Source: an uncultured Acidimicrobiia bacterium
Lineage (GTDB): Bacteria; Actinomycetota; Acidimicrobiia; Acidimicrobiales; AC-14
NCBI GenBank assembly: GCA_963836205.1
Contig: CAWIIV010000015.1
Span: forward strand, 320,001 to 384,000
DNA length: 64,000 bases
Direction of reading: 5' to 3'
Shown piece by piece: positions 33,020 through 42,658 of the stretch. Within the stretch, counting starts at the first letter, position 1; each line of letters starts with the position of its first letter. The translations under genes were made by a program, and so were the position numbers. The notes under the pieces were generated by a model, which saw only the letters and a list, made by a program, of their open reading frames with translations, was not told where the DNA came from and made no database searches.

Positions 33020-33546
33020 GCGCGGGCGTCGCCGTCCGGGCCGCCACCGAGGCCGACCTCGATCGGATGGTGGAGCTGTACTCGGCGGTCGCCGACGAGG
33101 GCCGGTGGATCGGTGCCGAGGGTCCCGTCGACGGTGACGAGCTCCGCCGGCGCTGGGGGGCGCGGGTGGCCAACGGGGAGGGCGTGCTCCTGGTGGCCGA
33201 GGCCGACGGAGGCGTCGGCGGCCTCGGCGGCCTCGTGGTCGGCCATGCCATCCTCGACCTGGCGGCCTACGGCGTGGCCTACCTGGGGATGCTTGTCGAC
33301 GGGGAGTGGCGGCGCCGGGGCGTCGGTGGCGCGCTGGTGGGGGCGGTGATCGACGCCGCCCGCGACCACGGCTGCCACAAGGTGTCGTTGCAGGTGTGGC
33401 CGCACAACGAGGGGGCCATCGCCCTCTACCGCAAGTTCGGGTTCGAGGAGGAAGGCGTTCTGCGGCGCCACTACCCCCGCCGCAACGGCGAGTTGTGGGA
33501 CGCAAAGGTGATGGGACTGTTGCTCAGCGGCGGAAAAGCAGGTTGA
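33016..33546 (+). CDS. GNAT N-acetyltransferase
   Basis: RRRGVG, NEGAIALYRKFGF. Confidence 0.9.
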   Translation: MSAGVAVRAATEADLDRMVELYSAVADEGRWIGAEGPVDGDELRRRWGARVANGEGVLLVAEADGGVGGLGGLVVGHAILDLAAYGVAYLGMLVDGEWRRRGVGGALVGAVIDAARDHGCHKVSLQVWPHNEGAIALYRKFGFEEEGVLRRHYPRRNGELWDAKVMGLLLSGGKAG

Positions 33547-33742
33547 GCACGATCGTGGCCACCACCGACAGGACGATCGACGTGGCGATCGGCACGTAGA
33601 CCCGGACGTTCTTCTTCCCGAACGCGAAGTCGCCCGGGAGGCGGCCGAGTCCCAGTCCGCCCGCGAGAACGAGGAGGAGGCCGGTGGCGGCCAAGATGAC
33701 GGCCGCCACCAGCAGGTACTTCCCGATCTGGGATACGTCCAT
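33524..33742 (-). CDS. DUF2905 membrane protein
   Basis: LGRLPGD...YVPIATSIVLSVV. Confidence 0.85.
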   Translation of the reverse strand: MDVSQIGKYLLVAAVILAATGLLLVLAGGLGLGRLPGDFAFGKKNVRVYVPIATSIVLSVVATIVLNLLFRR

Positions 33743-33759
33743 CGTCGTGGCCGGCGGTG

Positions 33760-34278
33760 TCAGCCGAAGGTGACCCGGGTGCCGGCGGCCGCGGTGGCGC
33801 CGTTGCCCTCGGGCGTGTCGGCCGCCCGGGGGTTGGGCTTGCGGGGCGCCGACTTCTTGGCCGCCTCCAACTCGTCGCCGATCTCGCCCAGCCGCTTGCG
33901 CTTGAGCTCCTTGCGGACCTCGGGGAACAGGGTCTGCTCCTCCTCCTCCACGTGGTGACGCACGCTCTCGATGAGCACCATCATCTTGGCCCGGAACCGC
34001 TCCGCCTCGGGCGGCATGCCGTCGAGCTCGGAGAGCAGCCACTTGGCCACGTGGTGCTCCTCGAGGGCCTCGAGGACGTCGTCCTCGGCGTCGGGCATCT
34101 CCTTGCGGATCGCGGGATAGAGGACCTGCTCCTCGATGTGGGCGTGGACGGAGAGCTCCTCGATCACCTGGTCGGCGATCCTCCGGGCGTCCTGGGGCTT
34201 GCCCTCGGACTTCTCGAACTCCTTGAAGAGCTTCTCGACGGTCTTGTGGTCCTGCTTCAGTAGCGTGATTGCGTCCAT
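33760..34278 (-). CDS. Hemerythrin domain protein
   Basis: LKQDH, HAHIEEQVLYP, EEHH, HHVEEEE. Confidence 0.9.
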   Translation of the reverse strand: MDAITLLKQDHKTVEKLFKEFEKSEGKPQDARRIADQVIEELSVHAHIEEQVLYPAIRKEMPDAEDDVLEALEEHHVAKWLLSELDGMPPEAERFRAKMMVLIESVRHHVEEEEQTLFPEVRKELKRKRLGEIGDELEAAKKSAPRKPNPRAADTPEGNGATAAAGTRVTFG

Positions 34279-34655
34279 GGACGGGTCATTCCCGCCACTC
34301 GACCGGCCCACACGACCAGCGGGATCTGGAGCGGGAGACGGAGCCAGGCCAGGACGGCGTTGGTGTCGATCGCCATCTGGACGTTGGCCGGGAACACGGC
34401 CACGAAGAGGACCGCGGCCGCGATCGCGCCCGGCCGCCGGGTGCGGGGGTGGGCGACGAGGGCGGCGCAGGCGATCTCGGCCACGCCGCTCCACCGGACC
34501 CAGAAGGCGGGATCGGCGAACACCGTGGGCACGATCCGCCGGTAGGGCCGGGGGATGACGAAGTGGGCGACGCCCGCGACGAGGAGGAGGCCGGCGAGGG
34601 CGTAGGCACTGGTATTGGTCGACGGCCGTGGCCGGCGAGGGAGGCGGTCGTCCAC
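34257..34655 (-). CDS. DoxX-like membrane protein
   Basis: AGVAHF, SGVAEI, VFPANVQMA, RLPLQ. Confidence 0.8.
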   Translation of the reverse strand: MDDRLPRRPRPSTNTSAYALAGLLLVAGVAHFVIPRPYRRIVPTVFADPAFWVRWSGVAEIACAALVAHPRTRRPGAIAAAVLFVAVFPANVQMAIDTNAVLAWLRLPLQIPLVVWAGRVAGMTRPWTQSRY

Positions 34656-34728
34656 ACCTGGTGTTCGGGGCTCGGGGGCCGGCGGTATGGGATCGGGTGT
34701 CGTGGGGGTGTCCGTAGACTCGTCGGGG

Positions 34729-35202
34729 ATGGTCCCGGGCGGACGGCGATGGCCAGCGTACGCGGCGGCGGCCTGGGCCTTCGTCTTCGCGGCGATGAGC
34801 TTCTCCTGGGCCCTCGGCGGCCGGCTGAGCATCGGGACCCAGGCGGTATCGATCCAGGAACAGGTCGACGACCCCGATTTCGTGGCCGTCCTGTGGGCGA
34901 CGGGTGTGCTGAAGGTGGTGGCAGGCGTGGTCGGGTTGGCGTTGGTCCGGCCCTTCGGACGCCGGGTCCCCCGGCGGGCGCTCCTGGTGCTGGCGGGTGG
35001 TACCGCGGTCCTACTCCTGCTCTACGGCGGCCTGGGTTGGTTGCAGGCCCTGCTGTGGGAGACCGGTGTCCAGGACATCCCCACCTCGGTCGGCCCCACC
35101 GCCGCCCGCTGGAAGCTCGTCTTCTGGGACCCGTTCTGGCTCCTCGGCGGCGTGCTGTTCCTCTGGGCGGTGCTGGAGTTTCGCCGGTCAGAACGCCAGT
35201 AG
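34729..35202 (+). CDS. DUF3995-like membrane protein
   Basis: SFSWALGG, four TM segments, WDPFWLLGG; start uncertain. Confidence 0.7.
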   Translation: MVPGGRRWPAYAAAAWAFVFAAMSFSWALGGRLSIGTQAVSIQEQVDDPDFVAVLWATGVLKVVAGVVGLALVRPFGRRVPRRALLVLAGGTAVLLLLYGGLGWLQALLWETGVQDIPTSVGPTAARWKLVFWDPFWLLGGVLFLWAVLEFRRSERQ

Positions 35203-35748
35203 CTCGCCGACATCGATCGTCAGGCCGGGGATGAGGTCGGTTGCGAGCTGCTCGCCCGGTTCGAGGACGACGGGCTTGGCGTAGGCCCCGTCGGCGAGGC
35301 GGTAGACCTCGACCCGGTCGGCGTCGGGGTGGACGACCCAATACTCGGCGATGGCGAAGCGGGCGTAGAGCTCCCGCTTGCGCACCAGGTCGTGGCGGGG
35401 GACGGACAGCACCTCGGCCACGAGCGTCGGCGGTCCCTGGATGTTGGGCGCGGTGACCCGGTGGGCGTCTGCGTCGGACAGATAGACGACATCCGGTTGC
35501 ACGGTGACGGTGTCGGACAAAACGACGTCGCACGGGGCGACGAACACCCGTCCTCTCCCGGTGCGGCGGACGTGCTCGTAAAGGGCGAAGCCGAGTCGGA
35601 GGACGATGTCCTGGTGGCGGGTGGAGGGCACGGCCATCTCGAACAGCTCCCCGTCGATGAGCTCGAAGCGCCGGCCATCATCCGGGAGGGCCGCGTAGTC
35701 GGCGTACGTCAGCGTTCGGGGCTGCTCGACTGCCACGATCCCGAGCAT
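35188..35748 (-). CDS. Uma2 family endonuclease
   Basis: RFELIDGEL, HQ, QPDV, EVLS, K..LYA, EYWVV. Confidence 0.9.
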   Translation of the reverse strand: MLGIVAVEQPRTLTYADYAALPDDGRRFELIDGELFEMAVPSTRHQDIVLRLGFALYEHVRRTGRGRVFVAPCDVVLSDTVTVQPDVVYLSDADAHRVTAPNIQGPPTLVAEVLSVPRHDLVRKRELYARFAIAEYWVVHPDADRVEVYRLADGAYAKPVVLEPGEQLATDLIPGLTIDVGELLAF

Positions 35749-35812
35749 AGCGAACTCGTCACTTCTTGTCGTTTCACCACCTTTCCGTGTCTTTGTTGTA
35801 GAGTGAGACAGC

Positions 35813-35995
35813 ATGGAGGAGGACGGAACACCGTGGATTCTCCGGCGAGAGGCGGCCGCTCGTCTCGGCGTCGCGGCGCGGGAGCTGTACCGGCTCATCG
35901 AGGTCGGCGACCTGCCCGCGTACAAGGTGGGTCGCGACCTCCGGCTGCGGACCGCTGACCTCGACGCCTTCCGGGCCTCGCGTCCCGACGCGTAG
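35813..35995 (+). CDS. Excisionase-like HTH (HTH_17) protein
   Basis: EAAARLGV...LYRLI..GDLPAYKVGR. Confidence 0.8.
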   Translation: MEEDGTPWILRREAAARLGVAARELYRLIEVGDLPAYKVGRDLRLRTADLDAFRASRPDA

Positions 35996-35997
35996 CC

Positions 35998-36192
35998 GTG
36001 CCCGAGAGGCCCGTCTTCCGGGCCGAAGTCCGCCTGAGCCGCGACGACGTGTTCGACATCGTCGCCCGGTGCGACGAGATCGTCGGCCACGCCGAGGCCA
36101 TCGGCGAGATGAGCATCGCCTTCGCCGCCGATTCGGTCGGCCAGTTCCTCCTCGGGCGGCTGATGGGAGACGTGGGCGGGCTCGACGGCTGA
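35998..36192 (+). CDS. Small hypothetical protein
   Basis: ORF closely coupled to the HTH gene, host-like codon usage. Confidence 0.55.
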   Translation: MPERPVFRAEVRLSRDDVFDIVARCDEIVGHAEAIGEMSIAFAADSVGQFLLGRLMGDVGGLDG

Positions 36193-36203
36193 CGCGCCGG
36201 CGG

Positions 36204-39200
36204 TCAGCGGAAGTCGCGCGACCGGGTGGATCCGACGGCCAGCGAGAGGGCCTCGATCGACTCGGCGATGACGTTGGTGACGCCTTCGGCCCGTTCGAGG
36301 CGGCCCCGGATGAGGAGGGCGGGCGACGTCTGGGCCACCCGGCGGTAGGCGGCCCACACCCGAGAGTGGCAGATGACGTTGATCATGCCGGTCTCGTCCT
36401 CCAGGTTGACGAAGATGATGCCGGCGGCGGTGGCCGGCCGTTGGCGGTGGGTGACCAGGCCCCCGACCACCACCCGCCGTCCGGAGCGGACGCCGGCCAG
36501 GCCGGCGGCGCTGACCGCGCCCATCTCGTCGAGGCGGGGGCGGGCGAACTGCACCGGGTGGCGGTCGGCCGAGATCCCGGTCGACCACAGGTCGGCGGCC
36601 GCCACCTCGGGCTCGGTGAGCGCGGGCAGCGGCGGCGAGTCGGCACCCACGACCACGCCCGGCAGGCGGTCGGCGCCGCCCTGCACCACCGCTCCCGCCT
36701 CCCACAGGGCTTCCCGCCGGCCGCCGTCGCGCTCGAAGCAGCCGAACGCGCCCGCGGTGGCCAGGGCCTCCACTGCCGGCAACGGCGCGCCCGTGCGCCG
36801 GACGAGGTCGTCCATCGACGCGTACGGCCGCCGCTCGGCGATGCGCTCGGCGAGCGTGTCGCCCACGTTGCGCACCGACTCGATCCCCAGCCGCACCGCC
36901 ACCCCTCCCCCCTCCGAACTGGTGACACTTTTGGTGGCCCCAGGCACCAGATCCGTCACCGGTTCGGAGCGCCCTGCGAACTGGTGACGGATTTGGTCGT
37001 CCTGACCACCAAATCCGTCACCAGTTCGTTCGAGGGTGGCTTTGGTGGCGCTGCGGTTGACGTCGGGGCCCAAGACCGTCACGCCGTGGCGGCGGGCGTC
37101 GGCGACCAGGGAGTTGGGTGAGTAGAAGCCCATGGGCTGGGCGTTGAGGAGCGAGGCGCAGAAGGCGGCCGGGTAGTGCAACTTCATCCACGCCGATGCA
37201 TAGACGAGGTAGGCGAACGACACCGAGTGGCTCTCGGGGAAACCGAAGTTGGCGAACGCCGACAGCTTCTCGAAGATTGCGTCGGCGGTGGCGCCCACGA
37301 TCCCGTTGACCGCCATCCCCGAGTACAGCCGGCCCCGAAGCGCTTCCATCCGCTCGGTGCTGCGCTTCGACCCCATGGCCTGGCGCAGCTGGTCGGCATC
37401 GCCCGGCGAGAACCCGGCCACGTCGATGGCGATCTGCATCATCTGCTCCTGGAACAGCGGCACCCCCAGCGTCTTCTTCAGGGCCGGCTCGAGCAACGGA
37501 TGCAGATACGTGACCGGCTCCCGCCCGTTGCGGCGGCGGATGTAGGGATGCACCGACCCTCCCTGGATCGGCCCCGGCCGGATCAGGGCCACCTCCACCA
37601 CCAGGTCGTAGAACGTCCGAGGCCGCAGCCGGGGCAGGGTGGCCATCTGGGCCCGGCTCTCCACCTGGAACACACCCACCGAGTCGGCCCGGCACAGCAT
37701 CTCGTAGACGGCGTCCTCCTGGGGGATGGTGGCCAGGTCGGCGTCGATCCCGTGGACGTCGCGGATCAGGTCGAAGCCCAGGTGCAGGGCGGTGAGCATG
37801 CCCAGGCCGAGAAGGTCGATCTTGACCAGGCCCACCGCCGCGCAGTCGTCCTTGTCCCACTGGAGGACGCTCCGGTTCTCCATCCGGGCCCACTCCACCG
37901 GGCACACCTCCACCACCGGGCGGTCGCAGATCACCATCCCCCCGGAGTGGATGCCCAGGTGGCGGGGGAAGCCCTGGATCTGGCGGGCGAGGGCCATGAC
38001 CGGCTCGGGCACACCCACCTCGGCGGGGGTGGCCGAGAGCCGGTAGCCGTCGACCTGCTTCGACCAGGCGTCGAGGGCGCCCGGGGGATGGCCGAGGGCC
38101 CGGCCCATGTCGCGCACCGCCGACTTGGGCCGGTAGGTGATGACGTTGGCCACCTGGGCCGCGTTCTCCCGGCCATACCGCCCGTAGACGTACTGGATGG
38201 CCTCCTCCCGGCGGTCGTGCTCGATGTCGACGTCGATGTCGGGAGGGCCGTCGCGCTCGGGCGACAGGAAGCGCTCGAAGAGGAGCTTGAGCGCCACCGC
38301 GTCGGCGTTGGTGATCCCGAGGGCGTAGCAGACGGCGCTGTTGGCGGCCGAGCCCCGGCCCTGGCAGTAGATGTTGGACCGGCGGCAGAACTGGACGATG
38401 TCCCAGACGATGAGGAAGTAGCCGGGAAAGCCGAGGGCGTCGATCATGGCCAGCTCGTGCTCGATCTGGCGGTAGGCGCCGGGAACCCGCTCCGAGCCCG
38501 GCCCCGGCGGGCCGTACCGAACCTCGGCGCCCCGCAGGGTGAGCTCCCGCAGCCACGACATCTCGGTGTGTCCGGGCGGCACCGGGTAGTCGGGGAGATT
38601 GGGAGCCACCAGGCGCAGGTCGAAGGCGCACGCCCGGCCGATCTCGGCCGCCCGCTCGACCACGCCCGGGTAACGGGCGAAGCGGCGGGCCTGGTCGGCG
38701 CCCGAGCGCAGGCAGGCGGTGGCGGCGGCCGGCAGCCACCCGTCGAGGTCGTCGAGGGACCGGCGGGCCCGCACCGCGGCCAGGGCGGTGGCCAGGGGCC
38801 GGCGGGCGGCGGTGGCGTAGTGGACGTTGTTGGTGGCCACCACGTCGACCCGGGCCCGCATGGCCAGGGCCACCAGGGCGTCGTTGCGGGCCGAGTCGAG
38901 GGGGTCGCCGTGGTCCCACAGCTCGACGGCCACGTTTTCCCGCCCGAAGGCGTCGACCAGCCGGGCCAGCTCCCGGGCCGCGGCCGCGGGACCGCCGGCG
39001 ACCAGGGCGGCCGGCACGGTGCCCTTTCGGCAGCCGGTGAGCACCTGCCACCGCCCGCCGTGGGCCTCGGCCAGGTCGGCCAACGACGCCTTGGGCACGC
39101 CCTTCTCCCCCGCCGCCATGTGGGCCGCGCTGGCGGCCCGGCTCAGGCGGGCGTAGCCGTCGGGATCACGGGCCAGCACCACCAGGTGGCGGCCCTCGGG

Positions 39201-39605
39201 GTCGGCAATCCCCTGCTGCGAGCGGCGGGGGAGGTCGAGGGTGAGCTCGGTGCCGAAGACGGTGGGCACGCCCAGGGCGGTGGCCGCCTCCGCGAAGCGG
39301 ACGATGCCGTAGAAGCCGTCGTGGTCGGTGAGGGCGAGCGCCTCCAGTCCCAGGCGGGCCGCCTCCTCGGCCAGCTCCTCGGGATGGGAGGCGCCGTCGA
39401 GGAAGCTGAAGTTGGAGTGGCAGTGCAGCTCGGCGTAAGGCGTCGAACCTCGGTCCCGGCGCCGGCCCGGCGGCGGCGGCGGGGGGTCGTACGGCGCCCG
39501 CTTGTTGGACCAGGCCGGGCTGTCACCCCCGTCGGCGGTGGGCGGCCGCCCCGACAGCCGCCGCTCGAGCTCGGCCCACGGCAGCGGAGGATTCTCCCAA
39601 CCCAC
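36204..39605 (-). CDS. dnaE2: Error-prone DNA polymerase DnaE2
   Basis: YAELHCHSNFSFLDGAS, GRGSAANS, PPDIDVD, FGFPESH, C-terminal SRDFR. Confidence 0.96.
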   Translation of the reverse strand: MGWENPPLPWAELERRLSGRPPTADGGDSPAWSNKRAPYDPPPPPPGRRRDRGSTPYAELHCHSNFSFLDGASHPEELAEEAARLGLEALALTDHDGFYGIVRFAEAATALGVPTVFGTELTLDLPRRSQQGIADPEGRHLVVLARDPDGYARLSRAASAAHMAAGEKGVPKASLADLAEAHGGRWQVLTGCRKGTVPAALVAGGPAAAARELARLVDAFGRENVAVELWDHGDPLDSARNDALVALAMRARVDVVATNNVHYATAARRPLATALAAVRARRSLDDLDGWLPAAATACLRSGADQARRFARYPGVVERAAEIGRACAFDLRLVAPNLPDYPVPPGHTEMSWLRELTLRGAEVRYGPPGPGSERVPGAYRQIEHELAMIDALGFPGYFLIVWDIVQFCRRSNIYCQGRGSAANSAVCYALGITNADAVALKLLFERFLSPERDGPPDIDVDIEHDRREEAIQYVYGRYGRENAAQVANVITYRPKSAVRDMGRALGHPPGALDAWSKQVDGYRLSATPAEVGVPEPVMALARQIQGFPRHLGIHSGGMVICDRPVVEVCPVEWARMENRSVLQWDKDDCAAVGLVKIDLLGLGMLTALHLGFDLIRDVHGIDADLATIPQEDAVYEMLCRADSVGVFQVESRAQMATLPRLRPRTFYDLVVEVALIRPGPIQGGSVHPYIRRRNGREPVTYLHPLLEPALKKTLGVPLFQEQMMQIAIDVAGFSPGDADQLRQAMGSKRSTERMEALRGRLYSGMAVNGIVGATADAIFEKLSAFANFGFPESHSVSFAYLVYASAWMKLHYPAAFCASLLNAQPMGFYSPNSLVADARRHGVTVLGPDVNRSATKATLERTGDGFGGQDDQIRHQFAGRSEPVTDLVPGATKSVTSSEGGGVAVRLGIESVRNVGDTLAERIAERRPYASMDDLVRRTGAPLPAVEALATAGAFGCFERDGGRREALWEAGAVVQGGADRLPGVVVGADSPPLPALTEPEVAAADLWSTGISADRHPVQFARPRLDEMGAVSAAGLAGVRSGRRVVVGGLVTHRQRPATAAGIIFVNLEDETGMINVICHSRVWAAYRRVAQTSPALLIRGRLERAEGVTNVIAESIEALSLAVGSTRSRDFR
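36914..37028. repeat. Two tandem related palindromes (REP/RPE-like) inside dnaE2, in frame
   Basis: ccgaactggtgac...gtcaccggttcgg (36914-36967) and cgaactggtgacggatttggt...accaaatccgtcaccagttcg (36977-37028). Confidence 0.85.
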
Positions 39606-39613
39606 ATCCCACG

Positions 39614-39636
39614 ACTGTAGACGAACATACGTTCGA
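39614..39636 (-). promoter_or_regulatory. LexA box and -10 element of dnaE2
   Basis: Minus strand TCGAACGTATGTTCGT followed by TACAGT, ahead of the GTG start. Confidence 0.8.
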
Positions 39637-39654
39637 CCACCACCGGGCCTCCGG

Positions 39655-40209
39655 CTATTGGACGCACTTCTCCTCGGTGTACACGACCGACGACACCTTC
39701 CACACCCCACCGAACTTGCGCAGCTCCACCCTGACCAGCATGGGTTCGGTGGCGGCGGGGATCACGACCTCACCCGTGGTCTTCGACACCGCGGTGCTCG
39801 AATCCAGCTGGCAGTCGGTGAAGGTGGCCTTGTTGCCGATGATCGTCACCCTTCCGGGGGAAAGCGTGGCCTGGCCTCGAATCTCGATCCCCCGCTCGGC
39901 GAAGTCGGCGACCGACCGAGGCAGGTCGGCCAGACGGGCGCCGGTGAAGTAGTCGGCGGGGTCGCCCGGCGGCCGGCCGCTGAGGAAGGCGTCGAAGACC
40001 GGCCAGTGCTCGGTGTACGCCCGCAGGACGGCGGCCGTCTCGTCGAACTGGTTGGCGGTCGGCGGCGACGGGCCCAGGGTGGTGGTGGCGGTGCCGTCGG
40101 CGGAGCTCGTGGTCGGGGCGAGGCTCGGCTTGGCGTCGTCACTGCGGCAACCGGCGACCCCGAACGCCAGGGCGAGGCTGAGGCCAAGGACGGGAGGGCG
40201 TCGGGGCAT
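39655..40209 (-). CDS. Hypothetical lipoprotein
   Basis: VAGC lipobox, Thr-rich linker, C-terminal WKVS. Confidence 0.7.
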   Translation of the reverse strand: MPRRPPVLGLSLALAFGVAGCRSDDAKPSLAPTTSSADGTATTTLGPSPPTANQFDETAAVLRAYTEHWPVFDAFLSGRPPGDPADYFTGARLADLPRSVADFAERGIEIRGQATLSPGRVTIIGNKATFTDCQLDSSTAVSKTTGEVVIPAATEPMLVRVELRKFGGVWKVSSVVYTEEKCVQ

Positions 40210-40301
40210 GCCCGCCATTGTGGACGCTCACCTCGCCGAGCGCAGGGCCTCCACCTGCACCCGATCCGGGGCCCGGGGGACCCAGCGCTAGCGTCGCCGT
40301 T

Positions 40302-41200
40302 GTGAGCAAACCTCGGCGGTGGGTCGGAGTCCTCGCGTTGATGATCGTCAGCAGTAGCTGCACCGACAGCGGGTCGGACGGCGACTCGACAGCCGGTACG
40401 ACCCAGTCAACCAGCGGCGCGACGACGACCTCGGTCGTACGGCCGGTGGCGCCGCCCGGCCAGGTCATCGTCGCCCAACGGTTCCTGGTCGGCTGGTGGG
40501 ACGGAACGAGCTGGCACCGGCGAACCCAGATCGTCGGGAACCAGGGGATTCCGAGGTGCCCCTCGTCCTGGGCAGCCGCTACACGTTCGTATCCATCGAC
40601 GGACGTCGGATCTCGCGGAACCTGGGGAGGTCGACCTCGGAGTGCATCGGACCGGGCCCGGCCTTCGTCGAGGTACCCGACGACGTCGCCGAGATGGTCG
40701 GCATGGCCGAGGGTGTCGAGCCGCAGCCCCGCCCCGTCGATCAGATCGCGGCTGCACCCGCGCATCACGACTCGGTTCGAGTGTGGCTGGAAGGCGAGGG
40801 CATCGCCAGCCCCGAGGTGTCGATCGATCGGGTGACCAGGGCCGACATCGAGGGTGACGGCGTGGACGAGGTGCTGATCGAGGCGTCGCTCCACGCCGAC
40901 GAATCGTTGATCGCCCGCCCCGCCGGCGACTACTCAGTCGTGCTGCTCCGCCGCCTCAACCGGGGCGAGGTCGAGACGGTCGTGGTGAGCGGTGATGTCG
41001 TCACGGAGGACGAGGTGGGCGCCGAGCACTACGGCGGGTACCTCTACGCGTCACGACTCCTCGCCGTTGCCGACGTCGACGGTGACACGTGGCTCGAGGT
41101 GGTCGTCGGCATTCGGGAGTACGAGAGCACCGGGGTGGCGGTGTACGCCTGGGACGGGAAGGCCCTCGATGCCGTCCTGGCCGCCAACTGCGGGCCCTGA
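40302..41200 (+). CDS. Hypothetical exported protein with Ca-binding-like DxDGD motifs, frameshift near 40520
   Basis: Signal/lipobox-like SSC in one frame; DIEGDGVDEV and DVDGD in the next. Confidence 0.6.
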
Positions 41201-41227
41201 CTGCCGCCAGCGGTCTGCGCTCGTGCC

Positions 41228-41258
41228 GGTTGAGCGGTGGTTGAGCGCCGGATGAGCG
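41228..41258 (+). promoter_or_regulatory. Three 11-bp-phased direct repeats GG(T/A)TGAGCG upstream of the LuxR gene
   Basis: Copies at 41228, 41239, 41250. Confidence 0.5.
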
Positions 41259-41301
41259 TGGTCCGGAGAATCGGCCTCGCCGACCGAGGAGAGGATCGCC
41301 G

Positions 41302-41929
41302 ATGGAAGACCGGATCCGCGTGTTCGTCTACGCCGGCGATCCCATCTCGGAGACGGGCATCGCCGGGCAGTTGCGGGGCCAGCCGGGGATCCACGTGGTG
41401 GCCGAGGCCGACGTCGACAGCGCCGCGGTCGCCATCGTCGTCACCGACGAGGTCGACGCCGACTCGAAGCGGGCCATCAAGGCCCTGCAGCGCAACGGCG
41501 TCCCCCGGGTCCTCGTGGTCGTCACCCGGGTCGACGACGCCGGGCTGTTGGCCGCCCTCGAGGTGGGCGCCTGCGGGATTCTCCGCCGGGCCGAGGCCCG
41601 ACCCGACCGCCTGGTGACCGCCATCCGGGCCGCCGTCGCCGGCGACGGCACTATGCCCCCCGACCTCCTGGGCCGGCTGCTCGACCAGGTCGGACGCCTC
41701 CAGCGCCAGGTGCTCGCGCCCCGGGGCCTCACCCTGGCCGGCCTGGCCGAGCGCGAGATCGAGGTGTTGCGGCTGATCGCCGACGGCCTCGACACCAGCG
41801 AGATCGCCAGCCGCCTGTGCTACTCGCAGCGGACGGTGAAGAACGTCATCCACGACGTCACCTCCCGCCTCCAGCTCCGCAACCGATCCCACGCCGTCGC
41901 CTACGCCATGCGCGAGGGCCTCGATTTGA
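41302..41929 (+). CDS. LuxR/NarL-type regulator (atypical receiver plus HTH); reads in frame into DUF4255 as assembled
   Basis: LAEREIEVLRLIADGLDTSEIA...SQRTVKN...RNRSHAVAYA. Confidence 0.85.
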
Positions 41930-42654
41930 TCGACGCCATCGACGAGGCCGTCCGCACGCTCATCCGGCGGGACGCCCTCAACGGCAGCGACATCGAAGTG
42001 GTGTTCGACGCCCCCACCCGCGACTGGGCCGCCCGCCGCAACGCCCCCACCGTCGACGTCTATCTCTACGACATCCGGGAGGACCTCCGGCGACGGGCGA
42101 ACGGCACGTCCGAGGTGCGCGACGCCTCCACCGGGTTCGTGGTCGGCCGCAACTCCCCGCCCCGCTACTTCAAGTTCTCCTACCTGGTGACGGCCTGGAC
42201 CCAGCGCCCGGAGGACGAGCACCGGCTCCTCTCCGCCCTCCTGACCTGCTTCCTCCGCTTCGCCGTCCTCCCCCCGGACGTCCTGCCGAGGAGCCTCGAC
42301 GGCTTCCGACCCCTGGTGGTCGGCATCGGCAGGCCTCCGGTCGACGACCGGCCGGTGTCGGACGTGTGGAGTGCCCTCGGCGGCGAGCTGAAACCGTCGC
42401 TCGACCTCACCGTCACCGCCGCCCTGGAACCGGCCAACCTGGCCGACGTCGAGATCGCCCCCCCGGTGTTGGAGCCCCGGATCCGGGTTGCGTCGGCGGA
42501 CGGGGCCGAGGACGGCCCGAGGGGCGCCAGTCGTCGCCGCCCGCGCCCCACGCCGCCACGGGCCGCCGTCACCGAGGAGGTCATCGGCGGGAGCACTGTG
42601 CAACCGGGGCGCACGCTCAGGATCCGCGACAGCTCGGTGCGGCCGCGGCCTTAA
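41926..42654 (+). CDS. DUF4255 / Pvc16-like eCIS protein
   Basis: FDAPTRDWAARRNAPTVDVYLYDIRED, SYLVTAW, EDEHRLL, WSALGGELKPSLD. Confidence 0.88.
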   Translation: MIDAIDEAVRTLIRRDALNGSDIEVVFDAPTRDWAARRNAPTVDVYLYDIREDLRRRANGTSEVRDASTGFVVGRNSPPRYFKFSYLVTAWTQRPEDEHRLLSALLTCFLRFAVLPPDVLPRSLDGFRPLVVGIGRPPVDDRPVSDVWSALGGELKPSLDLTVTAALEPANLADVEIAPPVLEPRIRVASADGAEDGPRGASRRRPRPTPPRAAVTEEVIGGSTVQPGRTLRIRDSSVRPRP

Positions 42655-42658
42655 GGGG

